From Nemertoderma westbladi (Eukaryota; Animalia; Xenacoelomorpha), in the NCBI GenBank assembly GCA_032718475.1, contig JAUCBJ010000225.1, positions 10,952-74,951 of the forward strand: 64,000 nucleotides of DNA, in the 5' to 3' direction. Shown piece by piece: positions 25,944 through 36,482 of this stretch. The number at the start of each line of letters is the position of its first letter. Position 1 is the first letter of the stretch. Position numbers and translations under genes: made by a program. The notes beneath the pieces are model-generated. The model saw only the letters and a program-made list of their open reading frames with translations, was not told the origin of the DNA and made no database searches.

Positions 25944-26837
25944 ATGGACACAAACGTCCGCTGTTCCTATTTCCACGAACAACCGGCGATGGAAATTTAT
26001 TGCGCGTATTGCAGATTTAATAATTTGCACGTTTTTGCGGTTTGCCCTCAATTTATGACTCAATGTCACCATTGTCAACTAAAGGGACACGCCAGTTTCG
26101 ATTGCCCTTTTAATCACGATTTGGAAAGCGTAGATGAAATGATCACACTACGTTACATCAGAGCTTGGGAAGCGAACGCTGATTTACATTGTGATTCGCG
26201 CCATCGTTATTATCCCGGACGCGCTTACGAAGGAGTTTATGCGTTCCATCCTTATCTATTCGCTTCGGTTGAACAGAAATCACGCATATCAAGTTACGAG
26301 CTACTGAAGCGCGTCGGAGAATGTATTTCAACCAAATTCGTACCCAAATTTCTCAGGAGTGTTAATCCTAGCGACCTTCATTCCTATAACTTAATCAATC
26401 ATATCCGTCAGGATCCGGACTATAGAGAATTGTTTGTTAACTCACACCCTGAGTTACAGGAAGTATATCGACAGCCTTACGAATACCGAGCCCGCGAACG
26501 CGAGTTGGAAGGGACCATTAAACCCCGGAGGTTTCTAACTGCCTATGGTCCACCCACGGCCCTCGTTCAGACCACTCGTAAAGGACCCGTAAGAGCGGCT
26601 GTCTTGAAACGAGCTCTCAAAGCCGTTAGACCCCTCTCCCCCAACGTTGATGTCAATCAACCCGGTACTTCGACTGGCGGATACACCGACCATAATCCTA
26701 CACCCTCTGATGCAATCATATTGCACCCTTCACCCAGGAGTTATAGCCCTCCTTGTAAAGTGGCTCGCCCCAAAGAGAAAAGGACTCTGGCTAGCTTTAA
26801 AAAACTGCGTAAATGCCGTCCGCGCAAGAAAGACTAA
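25944..26837 (+). CDS. E2 ORF3 zinc-knuckle protein (N-terminally shortened)
   Basis: CAYCRFNNLHVFAVC, CHHCQLKGHASFDC, basic C-terminus; homologous to 28269..29357. Confidence 0.8.
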   Translation: MDTNVRCSYFHEQPAMEIYCAYCRFNNLHVFAVCPQFMTQCHHCQLKGHASFDCPFNHDLESVDEMITLRYIRAWEANADLHCDSRHRYYPGRAYEGVYAFHPYLFASVEQKSRISSYELLKRVGECISTKFVPKFLRSVNPSDLHSYNLINHIRQDPDYRELFVNSHPELQEVYRQPYEYRARERELEGTIKPRRFLTAYGPPTALVQTTRKGPVRAAVLKRALKAVRPLSPNVDVNQPGTSTGGYTDHNPTPSDAIILHPSPRSYSPPCKVARPKEKRTLASFKKLRKCRPRKKD

Positions 26838-26915
26838 CTGTTTAGAGTATTTACGTATATTAGAAACTGTGATTTTTGTATATTTATAGACTCAAATCCC
26901 ATTTTCTGGGAGCGG

Positions 26916-28165
26916 TGTAAAAGATTCTGTGGGATATAACTGGCCCCTTTGCTTCGCAATCCAGTTTCCCCCCAGGCGCTGGAATACTCTAAAAAGGTTC
27001 TCTAACTGTATATATATTCCCCTCGCCCGCAAGGTACCGTTACAGGTGTTTTGACGGACATAAAAGTCATTCTGCTATATACGTGTTTTGGTGGACATGG
27101 TAAGGCAAAAAACCTGCAATGCACCAACTACCTTTCACAGCTTAGCCGTGATGATTCATATTACGACATCTAACAGCTGGTTGCTGACATGGAAACAGCC
27201 ATTGGACGCATGGTTCTTTGTTTGGCTTGAGCCAATCAGAGCGATTTTTCCTGTCGACGTGTAGCTTTTCGGCCGATCATAAGGAGAGTGTTCAGTCTTA
27301 CTGTTTTTACTTGATACTTTGTTGTTATTGCTGTCTAAGCCAGAAACACCGGCTCTAGAGTTAGTTCTTTTCATACTTTGGAAGAAACATTAGTAGGCTT
27401 AAGATTATAGAGCGTATAACTGTTATCGGTCCATATCAGTGCATATCACTGTACATATCGGTTCATATCATATCTTAACCTACCGTCTTAATAGTTTGCT
27501 GTTGTTTGGTTGAATATTATTTGGAGAACATTTATAAAGAACCCAAATTTCCCAATTTTCTTGATACACTACAGGTTAGAGAGGCGGGTTATATATATAG
27601 CGATTGCGACTTATATTATTGTGGTGTGTATTGAATTTAATGCTATTTGATAAGCCCTACATGAGTCCGTGGCTATTCTCTTTATATATGATAAAATTCA
27701 TTGACGGTAGGCAAATTAGTGAGCAGTGTTGTGTGTTACCGGTAGTGTGCATGATTGTGGCTGATAACTAAGCATTTCCTAAAGAATGCACCTCATACGT
27801 GAATCATAAGCCTTACCGACTTACCGTTGTGATTAGTATAAGTCATATCTCTGTTTACTTAGATAGAGCGCCACGTCCTAAAGGAACTGTTAATATTTCC
27901 CGAAAGTGAATAATATTAGTCAGAAATTATTTATTAACAATCAATCGAATAATACAGTAGGCTTCACTGCAATAATAATCTAAGACCTCAGAATCCAGTC
28001 TCCCGGGAATATCCAGCGGGTGAATGGACGCGCACTAGGCTGGCTTCTGCTAATGTTGTGTTTATTGGTATTAAATATTTGTCATCTTCTAAAGTATATT
28101 GATAAACCAAAAGACATATAAATTTTGGCAGGTTAAACTGCTAAAGGTCTTCAAAAGCGCGTACA
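26916..28165 (+). repeat. E2 3' LTR, preceded by PPT GGGAGCGG (26908-26915)
   Basis: TGT...ACA followed by TSD AACTT. Confidence 0.97.
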
Positions 28166-28170
28166 AACTT

Positions 28171-28306
28171 GCACTCCTCAGTTATACAAAGACCTCGAAT
28201 CCCCACCGGTTATTCTGTCGTGGAAATTCAGACAATAGGTCCACCTGAAGAGACAGCCCACCTCAGCTATGCATTTGGAAGACGAACCAATATGTCTAGA
28301 ATCTGA
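28171..28306 (+). pseudogene. E1 extra ORF2, 3' remainder after the E2 insertion
   Basis: Joining 16046 to 28171 reads ...ICISN-LHSSVIQRPRIPTGYSVVEIQTIGPPEETAHLSYAFGRRTNMSRI*. Confidence 0.8.
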
Positions 28307-29357
28307 GGAGATTCAGCCTATCGCGCCCCGGAACAGTGACAATGATTACATCATAGAATGGTATCAAGGTCCACAGTGTCTCACTGCGTACGATTATCGA
28401 CACGCCAACTATGTTTCTAGGCAACGTTGTCGGTTATGCGCATCGAGAGACCACGATACGCCCATGGACACCAACGCCCGCTGTTCCTATTTCCAAGAAC
28501 AACCGACTATGGAAATTTATTGCGCATATTGCAGACTCAATAACTTGCATATCTTTGCGGTTTGCCCTCAATTTATGACTCAATGTCACCATTGTCAACT
28601 AAAGGGACATGCCAGTTTCGATTGCCCTTTTAATCACGATTTGGAAAGCGTAGATGAAATGATCACACTACGTTACATCAGAGCTTGGGAAGCGAACGCT
28701 GATTTACATTGTGATTCGCGCCATCGATATTATCCCGGACGCGCTTACGAAGGAGTTTATGCGTTCCATCCTTATCTATTCGCTTCGGTTGAACAGAAAT
28801 CACGCATATCAAGTTACGAGCTACTGAAGCGCGTCGGAGAATGTATTTCAACCAAATTCGTACGCAAATTTCTCAGGAGTGTTAATCCTAGCGACCTTCA
28901 TTCCTATAACTTAATCAATTATATCCGTCAGGATCCGGACTATGGAGACTTGTTTGTTAACTCACACCCCGAGTTACAGGAAGTATATCGACGGCCTTAC
29001 AAATACCGAGCCCGCGAACGCGAGTTGGAAAGAACCATTAAACGCCGGAGGTTTCTAACTGCCTATGGTCCACCCACGGCTCTCGTTCAGACCACTCGTA
29101 AAGGACCCGTAAGAGTGGCTGTCTTAAAACGAGCTCACAAAGCCATTAGACCCCTCTCCCCCGACGTTGATGTCAATCAACCCGGTACTTCGACTGGCGG
29201 ATACACCGACCATAATCCTACACCCTCTGATGCAATCATATTGCACCTTTCACCCAGGAGTTATAGCCCTCCTTGTAAAGTGGCTCGCCCCAAAGAGAAA
29301 AAGACTCTGGCTAGCTTTAAAAAACTGCGTAAACGCCGTCCGCGCAAGAAAGACTAA
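28269..29357 (+). CDS. E1 extra ORF3: 362-aa Cys/His zinc-knuckle protein with basic NLS-like tail
   Basis: CRLCASRDH..C, CAYCRLNNLHIFAVC, CHHCQLKGHASFDC (canonical CX2CX4HX4C); tail KKLRKRRPRKKD; open in all three copies. Confidence 0.85.
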   Translation: MHLEDEPICLESEEIQPIAPRNSDNDYIIEWYQGPQCLTAYDYRHANYVSRQRCRLCASRDHDTPMDTNARCSYFQEQPTMEIYCAYCRLNNLHIFAVCPQFMTQCHHCQLKGHASFDCPFNHDLESVDEMITLRYIRAWEANADLHCDSRHRYYPGRAYEGVYAFHPYLFASVEQKSRISSYELLKRVGECISTKFVRKFLRSVNPSDLHSYNLINYIRQDPDYGDLFVNSHPELQEVYRRPYKYRARERELERTIKRRRFLTAYGPPTALVQTTRKGPVRVAVLKRAHKAIRPLSPDVDVNQPGTSTGGYTDHNPTPSDAIILHLSPRSYSPPCKVARPKEKKTLASFKKLRKRRPRKKD

Positions 29358-29427
29358 CTGTTTAGAGTATTTACGTATATTAGAAACTGTGATTTTGTAT
29401 ATTTTATAGACTCAAATCCCATTTTCT

Positions 29428-29435
29428 GGGAGCGG
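29428..29435 (+). promoter_or_regulatory. Polypurine tract GGGAGCGG
   Basis: Immediately 5' of the 3' LTR in E1, E2 and E3. Confidence 0.85.
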
Positions 29436-30701
29436 TGTAAAAGCTTCTGTGGGATATAACTGGCCCTTTTGCTTCGCAATCCAGTTTCCCCCCTAGGCGC
29501 TGGAATACTCTAAAAGGCTCTATAACTATATATATTCCCCTCGCCCGCAAGGTACCGTTATAGGTGTTTTAACGGACATAAAAGTCATTCTGCTATATAC
29601 GTGTTTTGGCGGACATGGTAAGGCAAAAAACCTGCAATGCACCAAATACCTTTCACAGCTTAGCCATGATGATTCAGATTGCGACATCTAGCAGCTGGTT
29701 GCTGGCATGGAAACAGCCATTGGACGCATGGTTCTTTGTTTGGCTTGAGCCAATCAGAGCGATTTTTTCTGTCGACGTGTAGATATTCAGCCGATGATAC
29801 TAGGAGTGTTCAGTCTTACTGTTTTTTGTGATACCGTTTTGTTGTTGCTATCTAGGCCAGGAACACCGGCTCTAGAGTCAATTCGTTTTCATACTTTAGA
29901 AGAAACATTAGTAGGCTTAAGATTATAGAGCGTATAACTGTTATCAGTTCTTAACATATCATATCACATATCGGTCTTGTCACATCTTGTCATATCATAT
30001 CTTAACCTACCGTCTTAATGCTGTTTACTGTTGTGTTTTGGTTGAATATTATTTGGAGAACATATATAAAGAACCCAAATTTCCCAATTTTCTTGATACA
30101 CTACAGGTTAGAGAGACGGGTTATATATAGCGATTGCGACTTATATTATTGTGGTTTGTAGTGAATTTAATGCTATTTGATAAGCCCTACATGAGTCCGT
30201 TGCTGTTCGCTTTATATATGATAAAATTCATTGACGGTCGGCAAATTAGTGAGCAGTATTGTGTGTTACCGGTAGTGTGCATGATTGTGACTGATAACTA
30301 AGCATTTCCTAAAGAATGCGCCTCATACGTGAATCATAAGCCTTACCGACTTACCGTTGTGATTAGTATAAGTCATATCTCTGTTTACCTAGATAGAGCG
30401 CCACGTCCTGAAGGAACTGTTAATATTTCCCGAAAGTGAATAATATTAGTCAGAAATTAATTATTAACTATCAATCGAATAATACAATACAGTAAGCTTA
30501 CACTGCAATAATAATCTAAGCCCTCAGAATCCAGTCTCCCGGGTATATCCAGCGGGTGAATGGACGCGCACTAGGCTGGCTTCTGCTAATGTTGTGTTTA
30601 TTGGTATTAAATATTTGTCATCTTCTAAAGTCTATTTATAAACCAAAAGACATATAAATTTTGGCAGGTTAAACTGCTAAAGGTCTTCAAAAGCGCGTAC
30701 A
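29436..30701 (+). repeat. E1 3' LTR (1266 bp)
   Basis: TGTAAAAGC...GCGCGTACA; followed by CAGCT (presumed TSD, partner outside window). Confidence 0.96.
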
Positions 30702-31112
30702 CAGCTTTATTCATACCACTCATTGCTTAGAAATTTTACAGGATAATATTGTTATTCTGACTTAAGTTGTTTAGGTTGAACAAAGTCTACATAGTAAACA
30801 ACAGGTCCTCCAAAGAATGTGCCTTTGGTATTTTATATTAAGAAGGGGGAAGTTAGAATCACTGCATAAATGCAGTTTATCTAACTTCCCCCAAATATCC
30901 ACTGTTGAATAAAATTGAAGCGATAAGTCCGAAAAGGTGCGAGTTTTTTTAATAAATTGTGTGGTCCATTTGTTATCTGATTTCTATTTATTGTTTAAAA
31001 TTCATTTAAGATCACACTGTTTTTTTAGAATATTACAACCTTATGTTTCATTAATTTACCCAATCGAAGCCTTATAAGGACCGGTTATTTGTACATATAC
31101 TCCTAATGCGCT

Positions 31113-33140
31113 CAGTAAGGTTCAAACAACATATTAATAAGAAAATAAACTATCTGCAACGAAAAGAACCCAATAATACACAATTTGACCTTATTTAAAA
31201 AATTGCACATTTGCACACATATTTGCACTAGTGCACTTTAGCGGATCCTAAAGGTGGTTCTTATTTAAATCACTTATGTCTATCCTCTACCGATCTACGA
31301 TGGTGCATGATCAAGTGTCAGTTGCTAAAAGTGTAAAAAATCCAATTTAATAAATCGCGACATTTGCGATTTTGGACCATATTCATGGACATTTTAAGTC
31401 ACTTTATAGACATAAAAAGATAAACAAATGTTAAGATTATAGTTAGAAATAATTCCAAAGTACATTTTAATCCAAAAAAAATGAAATTAAAATGAAAAAA
31501 AATTGAAATATCGAAAAAATGTTCACCATTTAAGTGCATTTTTCACTAAGTGCACATAAGTCTTTCCCCAAGTTTTATCCTATTTCACACACTACAATCT
31601 ATCCTCTATCCAATGAAAAAAATTTCAGATCAAACGGCCCAGTAGAACCGAAGTTATTGATGTTTTAAAATAGTCACTCGAAAATTTCAAATTCACTTGG
31701 TCACATAGTCTAGTGGTTATCAATCACGTTAATGAAACCTAAGTTCGCGGGTACGAAATCCGATATTGACCATTCTTAATTTTTTGTAAAAATTTTTTTT
31801 TTATATTTTCACTAAAATCGCTCTAACTTCGGTTCTGGTGGTCCAAATTCAATAAAATTGGTATATTCTTTGCCGTAATGTTTTTTTCTATCTTTTGAGA
31901 TGGGGTCATTTTTGGCCCAAAAAAAATGAAAAAAAAGGGCCAAAATTACGTGATATTTTTCGACCTTTAAAATTCGTAATTTTAATTATAAATGTTAAGA
32001 AAAAAGATAGCGGAGGTAATTTGCTAAATTTTAAATGTACTTTTGGCGCAATACGCTAAATTATCATAGAGTAGCGATTTATTAAAAAAAAAAATTTTTT
32101 CGTCCCTTTTTTTAAATATTTTATTTCACACGATCTTCTGCCGCACCAGTTGTATTAATTTAGTATAATTTAACGCACTATAAGTCTGTGTAAACAAATC
32201 TCCCGTAAGTTAAGTAGTTTTCGAGCTGGACGAGTTCCCGCGCAGCGAGTTTGAAACGCGAAATTTTAATAATGGCCCTCATTTTTTTATATCATTTGCG
32301 CAGCAAAACCAATCGAATATTTGAATTCCCCGTATCGATATTGACCGTATAAAATGTACCTTAACCAACTAAAGTGAAAAATAAAAAATTATTCGATAAA
32401 AACTATTTTTCATATTCTGGCCCTCTTTGGCCCCTATTGTCGACATATTTGTTGTACCCCCACTCGATAGGAACGTAGCCCCAATGGTCTTCTACGAGTT
32501 TCAAAAAAGAATTAGTGGAATCCTACCCGCATTGTCAAATTAAACATTTCGGAAATAAAATTTCGAAAAAAGACGGACAAAAACGTACAAATATACGGCC
32601 CCTTTTTCCATCCGAAATTTTATTAAATCTCTTACCCCCATTCGATACGACGGTAGACCCACTCGTCATCGTTGCAACCGCGTTACTTTCGTTCCCGTAC
32701 GATAAATAGTAGCCGAGTTATTACGGATCCCGCAAAGTCATTATGTCCGTTTTTTCAACTTTGACGGACAATAGACGGAAAACAAGCCCGGAGGCGGGGT
32801 ATTCCAAGAAGTGGAAACGTCTAATTTGTACCCCCTCTTTCGATTCTCGGTGTCTCTGGATGCGTCAAATAGAGGTTTTTTAAGAGTCCTTGTGAAAAAA
32901 AGACAAAAAAACCAGACAATTGTCCGTCATGTCCGTCAAAACGATAGATTCGCTAAAAGCTCTGAAGAATCTTATTTTTTTGGCATTACGCGTCCCCCCT
33001 CGAAAAATCAAGAAAATCGTACCTCTGGAAATAGGTCGAATGGGGGGGAACACCGTTTTCGCAGTAACTACGCGTCCAGTATGTAGACTGCGTCCTTTAG
33101 AGGGGCGCCGAATTCACCTCACTCAACGCCGCCCTTACTG
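31113..33140. mobile_element. Unclassified non-coding repeat, possibly a non-autonomous DNA transposon
   Basis: CpG-retaining, A/T-tract-rich sequence with short internal inverted repeats (AGAACCGAAGTTA / TAACTTCGGTTCT). Only an 8-bp terminal match CAGTAAGG/CCTTACTG and no clean TSD. Confidence 0.3.
31699..31772 (+). pseudogene. Degenerate tRNA-like sequence
   Basis: GGTCA...TGACCA acceptor-like ends, A-box TAGTCTAGTGG, degenerate B-box GGTACGAAATCC; anticodon arm does not pair. Confidence 0.4.
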
Positions 33141-33169
33141 AATGTTTTTAAAAAATGTTTCTTCCCATC

Positions 33170-34853
33170 GAGTAATCAACAATCAACTACTATCCTACTT
33201 AAACAAAAATTCAATACTATCAGACAGCCAGTACGGTTTTAGAACACACTCCACTACGACAGACGCCATACTCACGGTAACTGAGAGACTACTACAGATA
33301 CTAGACTCACAGGAATATGCTTGTCTAGTATCTATCGACCTTAAGAAAGCATTTGATACACTACAACACCAAATACTATTGGACAAACTAGACTGCTATG
33401 GCATACGAGGCATCCCACACAAACTGCTGACTAGCTACTTACACAAGAGAACACATACCGTTGCTATAGGCAACTCTACTTCAGAATCAATACATGCTTC
33501 CTGCGGTACCCCACAGGGAGCAATACTGAGCGCAACACTGTTCCTACTGTACATAAATGACCTACCAAATTGTACTTCACTACTAACAACACTATTTGCG
33601 GACGACACGAATCTACTTTATTATCACTCAAACCCTGACACACTACAAGACACTATCACTACTGAACTTAGTAAACTTGACCAGTGGCTCACTGACAACC
33701 AACTATCACTAAGCCTTAAAAAAACAGAACACTTAATTATCACAAATAAAAAACACGCCAACATTGCAAATATAAAAATACGACAAACTCCTATTAAAAA
33801 AGTAATTCACACAAAATTTCTTGGAATATGGATAGACAATGAACTAACATGGAAAAACCACTGTGCCTACGTGCTTAAAAAAATTTCAAAATCTATAGGT
33901 ATTTTCTTTAAACTTCGCTACATTCTACCACTACACATACTTAAACTACTTTACCACTCCCTTATACAACCATACATTACATACGGGATAGTGATCTGGG
34001 GAAATGCTCAACCTGCACACATTAACCCAATTAAAATTAAAGTTAACAAACTTATCAGAGCAGTTACTTTCAGTCACTACCAAAAACACGCACCACCACT
34101 TTACAAACAACTTAACATACTTCCGATCGAACAACTACACCGACTCGAAACCGCAAAATTAATGTGGGAAATCAACCACGGAAAGAAACAACCTTTTATT
34201 ACCTCACTGTTTAAACAAATATCCACTATACATACATATAACACACGGTCAGCCTCAAGTAAAAACTGTTTTATTCCACGTGTACGTTTACAACACGCAC
34301 AAAAATCACTAAAATATCACGGTGCTATTGTCTGGAACTCGTTAGACAACAGTCTAAAACAATGCAAATCTAAAATATCACTCGCACACAAATTAAAAAT
34401 TCAATTAATTTCTGAACTAAACTAAATAAAACATCAATACTGAACATAAGGGTACTTTAGTAAGTAAACTAAATTAAATAACATAAATAAATAAATAAAA
34501 TAAAATTTAACAGTAAAACAATAATCACTTGAATAACTAACTTTTTTATAAACACAAACAAATACTATACACACATACTTTAATAACGTAGGGAAAGCAA
34601 AAACCGTATTATTTCTACCAAGGGTGACAGCCCAGCCCCCCCCCCCCTCCGAAAAGACCGCTGACGGAAGCCAACTACACTAGCTTAGGCTACAGTTGGC
34701 TTCTATCAGTGCATTGCATCATAACTCTAAAAGACGCCCCCTAACCCTAACCAAATTCATCAATACCTTTCTAAATATTACCAAAGTGGTGGCGGTTATA
34801 TTATCGGTACAATAATGTGCGGTCTATTCGAGAAAGGAAATAATAATAATAAT
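33170..34853 (+). mobile_element. 5'-truncated CR1/L2-group (Crack/Daphne-like) LINE; RT frame open to 34425
   Basis: SQYGFR, IDLKKAFDTL, PQGAILSATLFLLYINDL, LFADDT, KFLGIWIDNELTW, HTYNTRS; 3' (AAT)n tail at ~34839-34853. Confidence 0.9.
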
Positions 34854-34917
34854 CAGTTAATCAGTTAATCTGTATCTTGAACCTGCACAGTCCAACGGTG
34901 GACAGCAGTGAACGTTA

Positions 34918-36330
34918 ATGGCTGCCCCTGCCATGGGTCGTAATGACTGTGATGGGAAACGCTGCATGCATTTGTCTAGCGACGTTTTATCTTATATATG
35001 GTGTGCCCACGTGCGTATGGGAATGCCACGTGCATTGATCTACACAACGATTGAGGCCTGGCCAAGATTCACAAATGACATGCTGCGATCCGCTAAAGAT
35101 CGATTGTTCGATACCATTCCCGGACAAGGTAAGAATGCTGAGAACTTCTCTAAGAAGAGAAAAACAGGAGAATATATGCGAAAGTCTATAGTTGAGGACA
35201 TCATAGACATGATTGAGTTCAACGGGTTTCTGGAACTACCGGACTGCGATAAACCAATATTTATATGTGACAACTTGGCGAATACTCCGCCGTTTTCATT
35301 GAGTAGTGCTGAAATAACGGTTCTTTTTATGAAGTTGGGTGAGCTCCAAGATAGGGTAGCTGTCCTGGAATCCAGACGTGAGTTACCGGTAGCGGTAGGC
35401 CTACCTGCCAGTGCCAGGTATGCCTCTGATGTTAATCGCGACGACATTGGACTAGGGCCTACTGGTACCGGCTGTAGAGGCAATACGAATGATGTTGATA
35501 GTGATGTTTCCGAAATACCAATTAATGGAGACTCTGGTACCCGTAGCAGTAGGTCACATAATACTAGGCCCCCCTCTGGCACTGAGGCTGAGCCCTGGCC
35601 ACAAAAGCAAAAACCGTTAAATCCACGAGCTGAAGTGTATCGCAATCGCGATTCTGGACGTAAAGAGTCGTTGTACCGTGAAGCGTTGATTGGTAATACT
35701 GGTTTGCATGACGATAACCGGTATCGTCTCCTCTCAGAGTTATCTGACATGTCGGAGCGGGAAGAAGGCGATTGGTCTGAGCCAGTCGATCGGTATGGTC
35801 GACCGGGTCCGGCTGCAGGACGTCTCCCGCAAGGTCGACCCGATCGCGGCGAAGAAGTTGGTCGTCGTCCGCCTAGTGGGCCTCGACGCAACAGGCAGTC
35901 TGGTAAAAGTAAGTTTGTTAAAGGTTCGTCAACATCGCAGGCGTTTGCTACGATTGCACCGACAAAGCGATTATTCCTATCTGGATGTGGCCCGGAAGTT
36001 ACCGCGGAAGAGATCTCTACTTACATCAAAGTGAATGTTAAGATAGACTTGAACTGCAGGAAGATTTCACCTGATGACGCATCATACTCCTCGTTTCGAC
36101 TTGAGTGTAAGGAACCAGACGACGAGAAGTTACTGGTACCTGAGGCGTGGCCCCAATTCTGTCGTATCAGACCGTTTATTTCCTATGCAAACGGTACGTC
36201 CAACCGCAACCGAGCTAGCTTCCCAAAGGCGGCTGCAGATGAACTGACCCAGGCGAGGAGAGTTGAAGCAGACCAGCTGCAACGTGTATCATTAGCGTCT
36301 CAGCCTGACACCGGGGGGGGGGAGGGGTGA
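34918..36330 (+). CDS. LINE ORF1 (470 aa)
   Basis: Located before ORF2; short coiled coil LGELQDRVAVLE, disordered middle, C-terminal RLFLSGC...YSSFRL...PEAWP..CRIRPF typical of LINE ORF1 RRM-like ends. Confidence 0.8.
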   Translation: MAAPAMGRNDCDGKRCMHLSSDVLSYIWCAHVRMGMPRALIYTTIEAWPRFTNDMLRSAKDRLFDTIPGQGKNAENFSKKRKTGEYMRKSIVEDIIDMIEFNGFLELPDCDKPIFICDNLANTPPFSLSSAEITVLFMKLGELQDRVAVLESRRELPVAVGLPASARYASDVNRDDIGLGPTGTGCRGNTNDVDSDVSEIPINGDSGTRSSRSHNTRPPSGTEAEPWPQKQKPLNPRAEVYRNRDSGRKESLYREALIGNTGLHDDNRYRLLSELSDMSEREEGDWSEPVDRYGRPGPAAGRLPQGRPDRGEEVGRRPPSGPRRNRQSGKSKFVKGSSTSQAFATIAPTKRLFLSGCGPEVTAEEISTYIKVNVKIDLNCRKISPDDASYSSFRLECKEPDDEKLLVPEAWPQFCRIRPFISYANGTSNRNRASFPKAAADELTQARRVEADQLQRVSLASQPDTGGGEG

Positions 36331-36482
36331 GCGCAGGCAATGACCAATAACTGAAAGTTATTATAATTTTGATTCTGTCCAATACGCTATATATATTATA
36401 TATATACCAAGATTTTATTTTTGTAACCTATTTTGAACTTTTAAACTATACCTCTTTTTTCATACAACTTTAAAATATTAAA

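Larger units (their letters stand above)
16047..28165 (+). mobile_element. E2: non-autonomous BEL/Pao derivative nested in E1 ORF2
   Basis: Bounded by TGT...ACA 1250-bp LTRs; 5-bp TSD AACTT at 16042-16046 and 28166-28170. Lacks RT, most of RNase H, the integrase core and the exonuclease domain. Confidence 0.97.
1..30701 (+). mobile_element. E1: near full-length BEL/Pao LTR retrotransposon with two extra 3' ORFs; interrupted by nested E2; 5' end lies upstream of the window
   Basis: 1-1054 matches 29648-30701 with ~6 differences by eye. Order is LTR, 2.2-kb leader, gag-pro-RT-RH-IN, 1.6-kb spacer, ORF2, ORF3, PPT, LTR. Internal sequence resumes in frame after the E2 TSD. Confidence 0.95.

Noticed and set aside
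12985-29357. Extra ORFs as an envelope gene
   Set aside because: No signal peptide, transmembrane helix or fusion-protein cysteine pattern is visible.
16047-30701. Head-to-tail tandem array of elements sharing LTRs
   Set aside because: The TSD AACTT and in-frame resumption of ORF2 show a nested insertion.
31699-31772. Functional tRNA gene
   Set aside because: The B-box is degenerate and the anticodon stem is unpaired; kept only as a tRNA-like relic.
35040-35891. 283-aa antisense ORF over LINE ORF1
   Set aside because: Shadow of a GC-rich coding strand with no recognisable motif.
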